From the NCBI GenBank assembly GCA_965218585.1, contig CBDCLE010000002.1, positions 416,001 through 480,000 on the forward strand: a DNA stretch of 64,000 nt, in the 5' to 3' direction. The stretch comes from Terriglobia bacterium. Lineage in GTDB: Bacteria; Acidobacteriota; Terriglobia; 20CM-2-55-15. Below, in pieces: positions 48,046 to 57,747 of this stretch (positions are counted from its first letter, which is position 1; every line of letters begins with the position of its first letter). The notes under the pieces were generated by a model that worked only from the letters and a program-made list of their open reading frames with translations, made no database searches and was not told the origin of the DNA. The position numbers and the translations under genes were made by a program.

Positions 48046-50106
48046 TTAGTCCTGTCGATCCTGGTATTCGTCTCTTAGAAGTCGCCGCATCACTTTGTTC
48101 GAGGCGGTCCTGGGCAGTTCATCTGCAAGTACTACATCCACGATTGAGAAAAGAGGATTCAGTTGTTGACGTACTTGCTTCTGCAATTCGGACTTTAACT
48201 CACCCGCATCGTTCCATCTGTCTGTTTCTCTCACCGCGTAGACTATGAGCTGGCTTGTCCCCCCTTCCTTGGGTGCCACTGCGATTGCCGCTGTTTCGAC
48301 AATGCCGTCAGCCCGATTCATGACGCCTTCAAGCTCGACCGAACTTACTTTGATTCCCCCCAGGTTCATCGTGTCATCGGCTCTTCCCAGGGCTTTGAAA
48401 TACGTCCCCGGCAAGGCCTGCATTTGATCTCCGTGACGGCGCAGAGGCGTTCCGTCGCTTCCGGTCGGGCAACCTTGGAAATAGACCGCATGGTGATCCT
48501 GATTCAAGAGCTCGGTGGACAGTCCAAGCGAAGGCGGAACCAGGAAAACCTCTCCCGTTCCCGAGTCCTGGCCGTCTTCGTCCAAAACCCGGAAGTCTGT
48601 ACCGACTGCTTTGGCTGAAAAGTAAGACGGGCAGTTGGGCTGAATCACCGTCGAAGACACGTAACCGCCACCGACTTCAGTTCCCCCGCAGTATTCAATG
48701 ACCGGTTTGTACCCCGCCAACGACATCAAAAAGAGCATGTCGTCGCTGTTTGAAGACTCTCCTGTTGAACTGAACGCTTTGATGTGGCTCCAATCCAGTC
48801 CTGCCATACACCCGCTGTTTTTCCATGCCTTGACCAGGCTTGGAACCACGCCCAGCAGGTTCACGCTGGCGGTTTGAACAAAGATCCCGAACTCACGCGT
48901 GTGAGGCGCTCCATCGTAAAGAGCGATACAGCCCTTGTTGATGAGGGCTGCGAATATCAACCACGGTCCCATCATCCAGCCGACATTGGTCGGCCAGGCG
49001 AAGACGTCACCCGGCTGTATGTTCTGGTGAACGAATCCGTCCAGCGCACACCGGATCGGTGTTGTGTGATTCCACGGAATGGCCTTGGGCTCACCCGTTG
49101 TACCGGAGGAAAACAGAATGTTGATCGCGTCGGACGGATCACACTCGACCGTTTCGAATTCTTCCGTCGTCGAGAGAAAGTCATTGAAGTCCATGTCCCC
49201 GCTTCGAAGCTCTGCGTCCGGAGGCCTTCCGGCCCGAAGAACAATGGCGGCGGGGGCTTTGGCGTCCAGAACCTTTTGGTACAAGGGGAGTGTCTTTCCC
49301 TGACGCAGGATGACGTCTTCGGTGAAAATGGCTTTTGCGCCCGATATTCGAAGTCGGGTCTCTATCTCCCGAGCGGCGAAACTATCGGCGACAGAAACGA
49401 CACACATTCCAGCTCTGACAATGCCCAGGTAAATGGCCACACAATTTGCCGTCATCGGCATGTCGATGGCGACGGCGTCGCCCGCTTTCAGACCCATTTC
49501 CATCAATCCGTTGGCAACGCGTCCGGACAGGGCTTTGAGTTCACCTAATGACCAGCCCTCGATGGGTGCGTTTTCTCCACCCGCGGGCTGAAACACGATG
49601 GCGGTTCGTTCTGAATCCTGTTCCAGTTCCGTGTCCAGAGCGCTGTCGACGATATTCATCCTGGCCCCCTTGAACCAGGAGGGACGCTCTACCCCTTTTG
49701 CGACATCCAATGTCTGGTCAAATTTCTTTCGAAACCGGATATCGAGTGTCTCTACGGTGAGTCGGAGAAATTCGTCCGGCTGACGTAAGCTGAAGTCGTG
49801 AAACTCCGAATAACTCCCCAGGCCCAATTCCTTTAGCCATTTCCCCAGGTTCGTCTCCGGAACTGCCTTCGGGCTCACGGCCGGGGGCGGGCCACGCTCG
49901 GGGTCCCATTGCCGGTAGTTCTCCCGAAAGAGATCCCTGTGTAGTTCGAACGGGTCAGACGTCTTAAGGATGCTTTTCGAAACGCTATCCCACCTATGGG
50001 CGGGATCGTGGAGGGTTGCTAGGTTTCCGAGCTGACTCTTGATTACAGCCGCTCTTTTTTGGGACACTGCGGAGTATTTGATCGACGGATGTTCGAACCA
50101 GCTCAT
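48046..50106 (-). CDS. AMP-dependent acyl-CoA synthetase (AAE17/18-like)
   Basis: LFSSGTTGEPKAIPW, WPTNVGWMMGPW, IEYCGGTE, GRADDTMNLGGIKVSS, PRTASNKVMRR. Confidence 0.93.
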   Translation of the reverse strand: MSWFEHPSIKYSAVSQKRAAVIKSQLGNLATLHDPAHRWDSVSKSILKTSDPFELHRDLFRENYRQWDPERGPPPAVSPKAVPETNLGKWLKELGLGSYSEFHDFSLRQPDEFLRLTVETLDIRFRKKFDQTLDVAKGVERPSWFKGARMNIVDSALDTELEQDSERTAIVFQPAGGENAPIEGWSLGELKALSGRVANGLMEMGLKAGDAVAIDMPMTANCVAIYLGIVRAGMCVVSVADSFAAREIETRLRISGAKAIFTEDVILRQGKTLPLYQKVLDAKAPAAIVLRAGRPPDAELRSGDMDFNDFLSTTEEFETVECDPSDAINILFSSGTTGEPKAIPWNHTTPIRCALDGFVHQNIQPGDVFAWPTNVGWMMGPWLIFAALINKGCIALYDGAPHTREFGIFVQTASVNLLGVVPSLVKAWKNSGCMAGLDWSHIKAFSSTGESSNSDDMLFLMSLAGYKPVIEYCGGTEVGGGYVSSTVIQPNCPSYFSAKAVGTDFRVLDEDGQDSGTGEVFLVPPSLGLSTELLNQDHHAVYFQGCPTGSDGTPLRRHGDQMQALPGTYFKALGRADDTMNLGGIKVSSVELEGVMNRADGIVETAAIAVAPKEGGTSQLIVYAVRETDRWNDAGELKSELQKQVRQQLNPLFSIVDVVLADELPRTASNKVMRRLLRDEYQDRQD

Positions 50107-50210
50107 GTGTGATCGAGGGCAGCATACCTGTTTGGATTAAGAACCGAAACCTGCATTCCTTCGATCATCGACGCTTTGCCTTGCTGAATACCGAAGACGT
50201 TCGTCTTATC

Positions 50211-50258
50211 ACTTTGTCGTACAAAGTACTTGACACAAGGAAGCCGTCGCCTTACCTT
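50211..50258 (+). promoter_or_regulatory. Operator palindrome plus sigma70 promoter
   Basis: ACTTTG-N5-CAAAGT (50211-50227) sits next to TTGACA (50230-50235), a 17-nt spacer and TACCTT (50253-50258), 7 nt before ATG 50266. Confidence 0.7.
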
Positions 50259-50265
50259 CGATTGC

Positions 50266-50883
50266 ATGGAGACATCGCATCTGGGTTCGTCCGGCGTAGA
50301 TTTGCCTGTGGGTCTGGATGCCCGTGCGGCCGCTAACCTAAACTTCATCCGGCACACGATGGAGCGCTCGGCCGTGTTCACGTCTCTTCCTGGCCGTGGA
50401 GCTATTCTGATCGGCGTGACTGCCCTTGGTGCATCCTGGATCGCTTCGCGTCAAGCAGAATTCACTGCATGGCTTGGTATATGGTTTGTAGAAGCCGCCG
50501 TGGCGATTCTGATCGCAACTGCGACAACGCTTCCCAAAGTCCATCGGCTGGAGACACCCGCTACTTTGCGCCCGCTGCGCAATTTTGCGCTTGGGATGGC
50601 GCCACCGTTTCTGGCCGCCGGTGTCCTTACCTGGGCGATCGCACGGGCCGAGCAGTTCGATTGGGTCATTCCGGGCATGTGGCTGCTTCTATACGGCTGC
50701 GGCATCGCAACCGGGGGCGCTTTTTCGGTTCGGATTGTGCCGGTAATGGGCGTGTGCTTTATGGTTATGGGCACTGTGGCCTTGTTTGTACCGTCGACTC
50801 TGCACGACATTCTGCTCGCTATCGGATTCGGCGGGTTGCACATCGTGTTCGGGGTGATCATCACACGGAGGTATGGTGGCTAG
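50266..50883 (+). CDS. Integral membrane protein (about 6 TM)
   Basis: A..NL.FIR.TMER, PG.WLLLYG, GFGGLHIVFG....RRYGG; hydrophobic helices. Confidence 0.85.
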   Translation: METSHLGSSGVDLPVGLDARAAANLNFIRHTMERSAVFTSLPGRGAILIGVTALGASWIASRQAEFTAWLGIWFVEAAVAILIATATTLPKVHRLETPATLRPLRNFALGMAPPFLAAGVLTWAIARAEQFDWVIPGMWLLLYGCGIATGGAFSVRIVPVMGVCFMVMGTVALFVPSTLHDILLAIGFGGLHIVFGVIITRRYGG

Positions 50884-51262
50884 CTCTGGGACGGTTCGAA
50901 AGCATCCAAAAGCCGAGGCGCACACCCAAACGCCTCGAAAGCGGCCCTCGCGCGACGGACGAAAAGCTCTGGATCTGGACCGCCTGATTCATGAACGCAC
51001 TCGCCTGGCCATCGTCAGCGCACTGGCGGCCAGGGCCCAGCTTTCGTTCAGCGAACTGAAGAAGCTTCTCGATCTGACGGACGGAAATCTGAGCGTCCAT
51101 TGCCGCAAGCTCGAGGACGCTCACTATGTCGACTGCGAAAAAGTGTTCGACCGGCGGGTACCCAAGACCATTTATAGGCTGACTGCGAAAGGACGCCGCG
51201 CGCTGAAGCGCTACCTGACTCACATGGAAGCCTTGATCGCTTCCGCACGGCTACCAGAGTAA
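50873..51262 (+). CDS. Winged-helix transcriptional regulator (ArsR/MarR-like, HTH_34 type)
   Basis: DRLIHERTRLAIVSAL, FSELK, TDGNLSVH..KLE, P.T.YRLT.KGR. Confidence 0.9.
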   Translation: MVASSGTVRKHPKAEAHTQTPRKRPSRDGRKALDLDRLIHERTRLAIVSALAARAQLSFSELKKLLDLTDGNLSVHCRKLEDAHYVDCEKVFDRRVPKTIYRLTAKGRRALKRYLTHMEALIASARLPE

Positions 51263-51272
51263 ATTCTCGCCT

Positions 51273-52037
51273 ATGGACTTTACGACAACAAGTACTTTAC
51301 GCAGCATCTTTCAGACGCCCCATCTGGCCATCATCATGGATGGCAACGGCCGCTGGGCCCAGCACCGCGGTCAACCCCGCGAGGCAGGGCATCTGGCAGG
51401 TGTCCAGGCGGTGCGGCGCACCGTGGAGGGCGCGTTGGATCTCGGAATCGGAGTGCTCACTCTCTATGCTTTCTCAGCGGACAACTGGAAACGTCCCAAG
51501 GCGGAAACCAGCCGCCTGATGGATCTGTTCCTCCACTTCCTTCAGGCGGAAACCTCGGCCTGTGTGGACCACGGAATCCGCGTGAAGGTGTTTGGGAGAA
51601 GGGACCGCCTCGGTGCGTCTCTCCGGGAGGCCATTGAAGACGTGGAGAACATCACCGCGAACTGTCGGAACCTTTGCCTGAGGCTCGCTTTTGATTACTC
51701 CGCTCGAGACACCATCGCGCGGGCAGTCCGGGTCCTCTCGACCCACGCCTCATTTGATCGCGGCTCCGACTACGGTTCAGTGAGGAGAGCCGTTCGCGAA
51801 GCGTCTCACGACACGATCGTTCCGCCCGTCGACCTCTTGATTCGTACGGGTGGGGAACAGAGGCTCAGCGATCTGTTCGGACCCGAGTGCGCTCACGCCG
51901 AGATTCTGTTTACCAGAACGATGTGGCCGGATTTTGGGAAAGCCGACCTCGGTGAATCGCTGGCCGAGTTTCGTCGGCGCGAGCGGAGGTTTGGAGCTCT
52001 CCCCAGCCCGGCTCCCAGTGTCCTACGTCTCGAATGA
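51273..52037 (+). CDS. uppS: cis-prenyltransferase (undecaprenyl diphosphate synthase-like)
   Basis: HLAIIMDGNGRWA, YAFSADNWKRP, DLLIRTGGEQRLSD, WPDF, RERRFG. Confidence 0.9.
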   Translation: MDFTTTSTLRSIFQTPHLAIIMDGNGRWAQHRGQPREAGHLAGVQAVRRTVEGALDLGIGVLTLYAFSADNWKRPKAETSRLMDLFLHFLQAETSACVDHGIRVKVFGRRDRLGASLREAIEDVENITANCRNLCLRLAFDYSARDTIARAVRVLSTHASFDRGSDYGSVRRAVREASHDTIVPPVDLLIRTGGEQRLSDLFGPECAHAEILFTRTMWPDFGKADLGESLAEFRRRERRFGALPSPAPSVLRLE

Positions 52038-52134
52038 GGGGCGGTCCATATTCCGATTTCCGACCGGCAACCGCAAGGAAAGTGTGGTCAGTTCCGTCAA
52101 CTTTACCCGCAAGGTAAGAAAGGACTTTTCAGTT

Positions 52135-52644
52135 ATGCAGCAGATTCTTCCCATCGCACCCAACGGCTCGGATACCCCTACAGATGGATCGAGTGAGGCC
52201 AGACGGATCGACGGACTTTCTGAACGACTCAGCGTCGTCACTCGGCAGCGGATGGAGTTCCACAACGTTACCTCGCAAGTTGAGGCCGCCGTCAAGGCCA
52301 GTGGCGTCCGTTCGGGCATTGTGACGGTCCGGTCCATGCACACGACCGCGACTGTATTCCTCAACGAGTGGCAGGAAGCTTTACTGGCGGACTATCAGCG
52401 GCTCTTCGAGTTGCTGGTCCCGGATGGAGAGTATTGGAGGCACAACGATCCCCGGTATTCTGATTGCGAGCGGGGCAACGCAGTCGCCCATCTGAGAGCA
52501 TTGCTTTTCGGCTCACTCATTCCGCTGCCCATACGCGACGGCCAGCTCGAGCGCGGAACGTGGCAGTCGATCATCTTCGCAGAGTTGGACGGGCCGCAAA
52601 CGCGATCTGTTGGCGTCGAGATCCGCGGTGACTTTTTCAGCTAG
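52135..52644 (+). CDS. yjbQ: YjbQ/UPF0047 family protein
   Basis: HTTA, HND, NAVAHLR, GTWQSIIFAELDGP. Start set to ATG 52135. Confidence 0.88.
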   Translation: MQQILPIAPNGSDTPTDGSSEARRIDGLSERLSVVTRQRMEFHNVTSQVEAAVKASGVRSGIVTVRSMHTTATVFLNEWQEALLADYQRLFELLVPDGEYWRHNDPRYSDCERGNAVAHLRALLFGSLIPLPIRDGQLERGTWQSIIFAELDGPQTRSVGVEIRGDFFS

Positions 52645-53516
52645 ACATCCATGATCGCCATTGCCTGCTCGATCGAACGGATCGGGTCGCGGCCCGGCCC
52701 GGGTCGGAATTCGTGCGACACATATCCGGTATACCCGGTGTCGGCAATCACCTCGGCGATGTATCGATAGTTGATCTCCTGGGTATAGTCGAGCTCGTTC
52801 CGCGTCGGCACGCCGGCAGTATGGAAGTGAGCGATCCAGTCGATACTGCTCTGGACGTTGAAAGCGAGATCGCCGTCCATGATCTGGAGGTGGTAGATGT
52901 CACACACCATCCCCACGTTGGGTGAATCGACACGCTGACACATCTCGATGCCCCATTCCCAATGTCCGCAGACTTGGTCTGCCCTGCCGAACGCCGGATC
53001 GGTTCGCCTGTTGTTCATGTTCTCGAGCGCTATCGTAACGTTGCGGCGTTCAAGATGGGGTTTGATCCGGTCGAGGAACGCTACTGCGTTGTCCTGAGCA
53101 ACCTGGAAGTCCATGCCCTGCCGCTGGCCACCGATGGTAATGAAGTTTTCGATGCCGTTATCCGCACAGGTGTCGATCCATTCGGAAACCGACTCGAACA
53201 GTGTGTCATGAGCCTCGGGGTGGATTATCCCATCCCCGAATCCGACGCCACCGGTTCCCGCCAGTAGCGGTTCGAGTCCGTGCTGCCTCATCGTGACCCA
53301 TTCTTCGGGGCCCCTCAGGTCAAAGCCATGTGCACCGAGGCGCACGGCTTCCCGACACATGTCATCGAATGATAAGCCGCTGTCAGGACCGAAGTTCGTG
53401 GGCCACAGACCCTGTTTGATCCGGTTTCTTCGCTGGATAGGTTCCGCGTTCTGTAAGGGAGCAGCCGCCACTGCCGTTCCCGCGAATGCCGTACCGAGGA
53501 ATTGTCTTCGTTTCAT
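52641..53516 (-). CDS. Hydroxypyruvate isomerase-like TIM-barrel protein with Tat signal
   Basis: MKRRQFL Tat motif; LENMN, DIYHLQIMDGD, HFHTAGVPTRNEL, GYVSHEF. Confidence 0.9.
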   Translation of the reverse strand: MKRRQFLGTAFAGTAVAAAPLQNAEPIQRRNRIKQGLWPTNFGPDSGLSFDDMCREAVRLGAHGFDLRGPEEWVTMRQHGLEPLLAGTGGVGFGDGIIHPEAHDTLFESVSEWIDTCADNGIENFITIGGQRQGMDFQVAQDNAVAFLDRIKPHLERRNVTIALENMNNRRTDPAFGRADQVCGHWEWGIEMCQRVDSPNVGMVCDIYHLQIMDGDLAFNVQSSIDWIAHFHTAGVPTRNELDYTQEINYRYIAEVIADTGYTGYVSHEFRPGPGRDPIRSIEQAMAIMDV

Positions 53517-54453
53517 CCGCGCATTATACCCACGCTCGGGTGATGGGAATACCTGTTGATCGGGTTCTGTAGCGATTGTGTCGGAAGGGAACCGGACCTA
53601 ATCGTCCAGGAACTTGCGGGCGATGTCGACGTCGCACTCTTCATTCGAGTGAGGCATGTTCGGCCTGTACAGCCACTGTCCTGACCATTCTACGGGTTCG
53701 GTCAGGTACTCGGGATCTTCCACCACTCCGGAATAAATCAAGCTCTTGCCGTCTTCGCTGACGCGGAAACGTTCCACGAGGTTTTTCTGTGTGCTTCCGG
53801 GCAGGGAAGTGGAAAGGCCCATGGGATGTGCAATGTAGTTGGTCGTCTCGACAACGAGGACATCGCCCTCCCAGCGTCCTACCGAGTGGCCATGCAGGGA
53901 AGGTCCGGCCCCGGCGAGTCCACTACTCTCGTCCAGGTAGACGACACGCTCGGACTCCATCCAATCAACGTTCATGACCACACGGTCTTCTGCCACCGTA
54001 ATGGTGCTGGCCACGGGGTAGAATATCAGCCCCGGCGCAGCGATGGGAATGCAATCCTTCTGGGGAGTTTCCATCGGATCGACGTTGTCCATGGCCGTTC
54101 TTCCTGTCTCGGTCACAGGCCAGTTCCTTGCTCCGCCCAGGAAGCCAAAGAACTCGCTGCGGGGCGAAAACCACGTCCCTTCAATACTAGTGGCCGTTTC
54201 ATCGCTGGGTTCGTAGATACTGCGAGAGGAAATGTTCAGTGGGTGGTAGCTGCCATCCTGCTTGTACAGTTCTCTTCCCAACATCAATACGTCGGGGTTG
54301 CGACGGCTCGGGTTACCGGCGATGGTTACTACATCCCCAACAGCCACGGAGTCACGTGTGAAACCAAGAGGGTTGAGCACAGACCCGGCTCCGGCTTCGA
54401 CTTCCATCTCGACGCTTTGGCCGTCGTCCCGCTCGACCTGCAGGGTCAGGTAG

Positions 54454-55921
54454 TACTACTATGTTACAAACGGCCTATTTTATGTTAGCATCCGGTCATG
54501 AGCGCCAAATCGAAGGCGCCAGGCACTCAGGAAAAACGTTTTGCGGCCTATTTGGAACGCCTGGCGTCGGCCGCAGGACACGCCGATCGTCATGAACCGT
54601 TGAAGTCGTACTGCACCGGGTTGTTGCTGCCGATCAAACGTAAGAGTGTGGAGCCGATGGCTGCACGATTGGCTCCGGATAATGTACGCCGAATGCACCA
54701 GTCGCTACATCATCTGGTCGCGGATGCGCCCTGGGACGATGCGGCTCTGTTGGCAGAAGTTCGACAGTACGCGCTGGGGGCGATGGAAGCCAACGGTCCG
54801 ATTGAAGCCTGGATTGTCGACGACACCGGATTCGTGAAAAAGGGGACCCACTCGGTGGGTGTGGCCCGGCAATACTGTGGACAGGTCGGCAAACCTGAGA
54901 ACTGCCGGGTGGCGGTGAGCCTGTCGGTGGCGACAGCGAAATCCAGCTTGCCGGTGGCATGGCGACTCTACCTCCCCGAGACCTGGGCGAAGGATCCGGA
55001 ACGTCGAAGCAAAGCCGCTATTCCCGAAGACGTTCGATTTCAAACTAAACCTCAAATTGCTTTGGAACAAATCCGGCAGGCCGTCGATGACGGCATTGCT
55101 CCGGCACCGGTTCTGGGCGATACGGCCTACGGCAACAACTACAAGTTCCGGCACGGCATCACCGAACTCGGACTTAGCTACGTCCTAGGGGTGCAAGGCA
55201 CCACGACCGTGTGGAAACCGGGCCAGGGTCCCTTGCCGCCGAAATCCTTGACCGGCCGCGGACGGACACCGACCCGCATGCAGCGCAACAAGAAACATCA
55301 ACCGGTTTCGGTCAAGCAACTGGCCCTCTCGTTGTCTCCCCAGCGTTGGAAGAACGTCTCCTGGCGCGAAGGCACCTCCGAGACCCTGCGTTCCCGTTTC
55401 GCCGCAGTTCGCATTCGTCCCGCTCATCTGGATCACGAGCGCCACTCGCCGCATCCGAAAGAGTGGTTGTTGGTCGAGTGGCCCAAGACCGCATCCGAAC
55501 CGATCCGGTACTGGCTCTCCACTCTTGGGGCCCATACCTCGCTTTCCGATCTGGCCGGTCAGGCCAAACAGCGCTGGATCATCGAACGCGACTATCAGGA
55601 ACTCAAGCAGGAACTCGGTCTGGGACACTACGAAGGTCGCGGCTGGCGTGGATTTCACCATCATGGCACCTTATGTATTGCCTCTTATGGGTTCCTGGTC
55701 GCCGAGCGGAGCCGTTTTTCCCCCTCTGCATTTGTCGAGCATGTTGGACTATCCGTCCCCAAACTCCCCAAACACTTCAAACCCCGCGGAACCCCGGATC
55801 CGGCCCGAACGACATAACCCCTGCTCGATTGCCACGCTTCGCATTCGCATCGCCCGCTTCCTGATTCAGCAGCTTCCTCGTTGTCCGTTCTGTGGACCGC
55901 TTCGTTTGTAACACAGTAGTA
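54454..55921 (+). mobile_element. IS701-family insertion sequence, 1468 bp
   Basis: 19-bp TIRs with one mismatch, TACTACTATGTTACAAACG / CGTTTGTAACACAGTAGTA; 4-bp duplication GTAG at 54450-54453 and 55922-55925. Confidence 0.92.
54498..55817 (+). CDS. IS701-family DDE transposase
   Basis: RKSVEPMA, IVDDTGFVKKGTHSVGVARQYCG, DTAYG, RWIIERDYQELKQELGL. Confidence 0.95.
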   Translation: MSAKSKAPGTQEKRFAAYLERLASAAGHADRHEPLKSYCTGLLLPIKRKSVEPMAARLAPDNVRRMHQSLHHLVADAPWDDAALLAEVRQYALGAMEANGPIEAWIVDDTGFVKKGTHSVGVARQYCGQVGKPENCRVAVSLSVATAKSSLPVAWRLYLPETWAKDPERRSKAAIPEDVRFQTKPQIALEQIRQAVDDGIAPAPVLGDTAYGNNYKFRHGITELGLSYVLGVQGTTTVWKPGQGPLPPKSLTGRGRTPTRMQRNKKHQPVSVKQLALSLSPQRWKNVSWREGTSETLRSRFAAVRIRPAHLDHERHSPHPKEWLLVEWPKTASEPIRYWLSTLGAHTSLSDLAGQAKQRWIIERDYQELKQELGLGHYEGRGWRGFHHHGTLCIASYGFLVAERSRFSPSAFVEHVGLSVPKLPKHFKPRGTPDPARTT

Positions 55922-56150
55922 GTAGACATGCGGGTTTCTAAAGCTGTATTCAAGAATCGTTCCTGAGACTGTAACTTCCTCCCGGACGTCGAAGGCGGCC
56001 GAACTATGGTGCGACAAGGCCTGGGCGGTGGGCATCAGCGAAATCAAACAGGCCAGACTGGAGATACAGAAGGTTTTCATCATCCTCTCCTCGACATTCA
56101 CTTTTGCCATCCTTTTCGTCGATTGTGCGGCCATAGAGCGCACCTACAGT

Positions 56151-56645
56151 TCACCGGGAGGGATCGGTGGCCAGGTCGACGTATGTTGTCCCGGAAGGGC
56201 CGAAGCCCGTTATCTGGATGACGACGCCCTCGTCACGGGTCGCGGCGAAGTGATTCGAGCCGGGAGGCTCCGTATAGATGCTGCCTGACGGCAACTCTTT
56301 AAGGAGCGTTTCATCAAACGCTTCCCCATAACCGAAGTACCAGGTTCCCGACATGACCGTTGCAACACGATCGTCGGGATGTGAGTGGGCGTCAATCCGC
56401 GTGTCGGGTCCGACGCGGAGAAGCATGGTGTAGAGCCCCCCTTCAGCGGGGTTTCCCTCGAGAATGACAGACTCTATACCTGAAGCGAATGAAGTGCCGA
56501 CCAGCGACGATTGACCGGACGGCCACCGGATTTCACCGGGAGTGACTCTTAGCTCCCCACTCTGTCGGGCCGCCACCTCCAGTCCGCACAAGGCGAGCAG
56601 AACGGTCATAGCGGTCAGCAGAGTTGTTCTTATCGACGCGTTCAT
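56151..56645 (-). CDS. Secreted cupin-domain protein
   Basis: AHSHPDDRVATVMSGTWYFG, EPPGSNHFA, GFGPS. Confidence 0.85.
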   Translation of the reverse strand: MNASIRTTLLTAMTVLLALCGLEVAARQSGELRVTPGEIRWPSGQSSLVGTSFASGIESVILEGNPAEGGLYTMLLRVGPDTRIDAHSHPDDRVATVMSGTWYFGYGEAFDETLLKELPSGSIYTEPPGSNHFAATRDEGVVIQITGFGPSGTTYVDLATDPSR

Positions 56646-57605
56646 CTAGCGCGAACGCGGCTTCCAGTCCCGGCGCCGCCCGTTAGCCTCTTCGATTTCA
56701 TCGGGCGACATCTCGGCAGCGATGGTGTTGCGCATCGCGACTCTGGCCTCGAACTCCACGCCGCCTGCGGACTCGGTCGCCAGATCGACCCACATGTGGG
56801 CCCGGACGTTGTCCGCTCGCACACCTTCACCCTTGTGGTACATCTGGCCGATTTCGTATTGAGCCATGGCGTGTCCCTGTTCGGCAGCCCTTTCGATCCA
56901 CTCGGCGGCATCGCCCAGGTCTATGTCAACGCCTTCGCCGCGGCGGTACATGAGGCCGATATTGAACTGAGCCGTCGAGTTGTCGGATCCGTCGCGGTAG
57001 AAGTCCATCGCCTTTTCAAAGTCCAGATCCACGCCCAGGCCGTTGTGATACATACCGGCAAGGGTGATTATCGCCCCCTCACTACCCTGATCCGCAGCCA
57101 ATTCGAACCACTTCGCTGCTTCTTCGTAATCCAGCTCCCAGCCCGGGCCAGTCCGTGTATAAACGCTCCCCATAAAGGTCTGCGCGTTGACGTCACCCTC
57201 TTCGGCAGGTCTCCTGAGCCACTTCGCTGCCTCCGCAAAGTCCTGTGGCACACCGTTGCCGTCGTGATACAGAAGGCCCAGTCTCAACTGTGAAATCTGG
57301 TCGCCTTGTTCGGCTGCCATCAGAAACCATTTTGCAGCTTCTTCAGGGTTCCTCGCTATATCGAAAGTTCTATCGGGTTCAACGGGGTCGTCTCCTGTGA
57401 GGTAAAGCATTCCGAGTCGCCTCTGCGACCGTACGTCCCCTCTTTCGGCCTGTCTCGCGAATTGCTCGATCGAGTTCGCGCCGATGGCTGTCAGGGCACG
57501 AAGTTCGAACTGCTGTTGAGGGTCTTGAGCCGTGCTGGTTCCGGCAAGCACACCGCTCACGAGAATCACCGTGACAATTACCGAAAAAATGGTTCTGACT
57601 TTCAT
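56646..57605 (-). CDS. Sel1-repeat protein, secreted
   Basis: Repeated A.KWF..AAEQG...AQ..LG..Y..G.GV..D; start set to ATG 57605 with GGAGG RBS. Confidence 0.92.
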   Translation of the reverse strand: MKVRTIFSVIVTVILVSGVLAGTSTAQDPQQQFELRALTAIGANSIEQFARQAERGDVRSQRRLGMLYLTGDDPVEPDRTFDIARNPEEAAKWFLMAAEQGDQISQLRLGLLYHDGNGVPQDFAEAAKWLRRPAEEGDVNAQTFMGSVYTRTGPGWELDYEEAAKWFELAADQGSEGAIITLAGMYHNGLGVDLDFEKAMDFYRDGSDNSTAQFNIGLMYRRGEGVDIDLGDAAEWIERAAEQGHAMAQYEIGQMYHKGEGVRADNVRAHMWVDLATESAGGVEFEARVAMRNTIAAEMSPDEIEEANGRRRDWKPRSR

Positions 57606-57747
57606 GGAAACCTTCCTCCACCTGAGTTGGAAATCACTGATTGGCATCAGGATACCCGTTTGCGTACTGGGCGCAACAATAAAAGGGCTCTGGTTGCTAA
57701 GATAGCCCCTCGTTTTGTTAATGTTATGGTCGCCGTAGGGTCGACGC

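Larger units (their letters stand above)
53598..56083 (-). pseudogene. DUF6152-like secreted protein gene interrupted by IS701
   Basis: N-part MMKTF...ALSHHSSAAFD...FRNPHVY (56083-55922) joins LTLQVERDDG... (54453-53598) in frame when the IS and one GTAG are removed, giving 1014 nt (337 aa). Confidence 0.9.

Noticed and set aside
52100-52115. ACTTTACCCGCAAGGT as a third wHTH operator before yjbQ
   Set aside because: The spacer is one base shorter than in the other two sites and both halves are degenerate; too weak to call.
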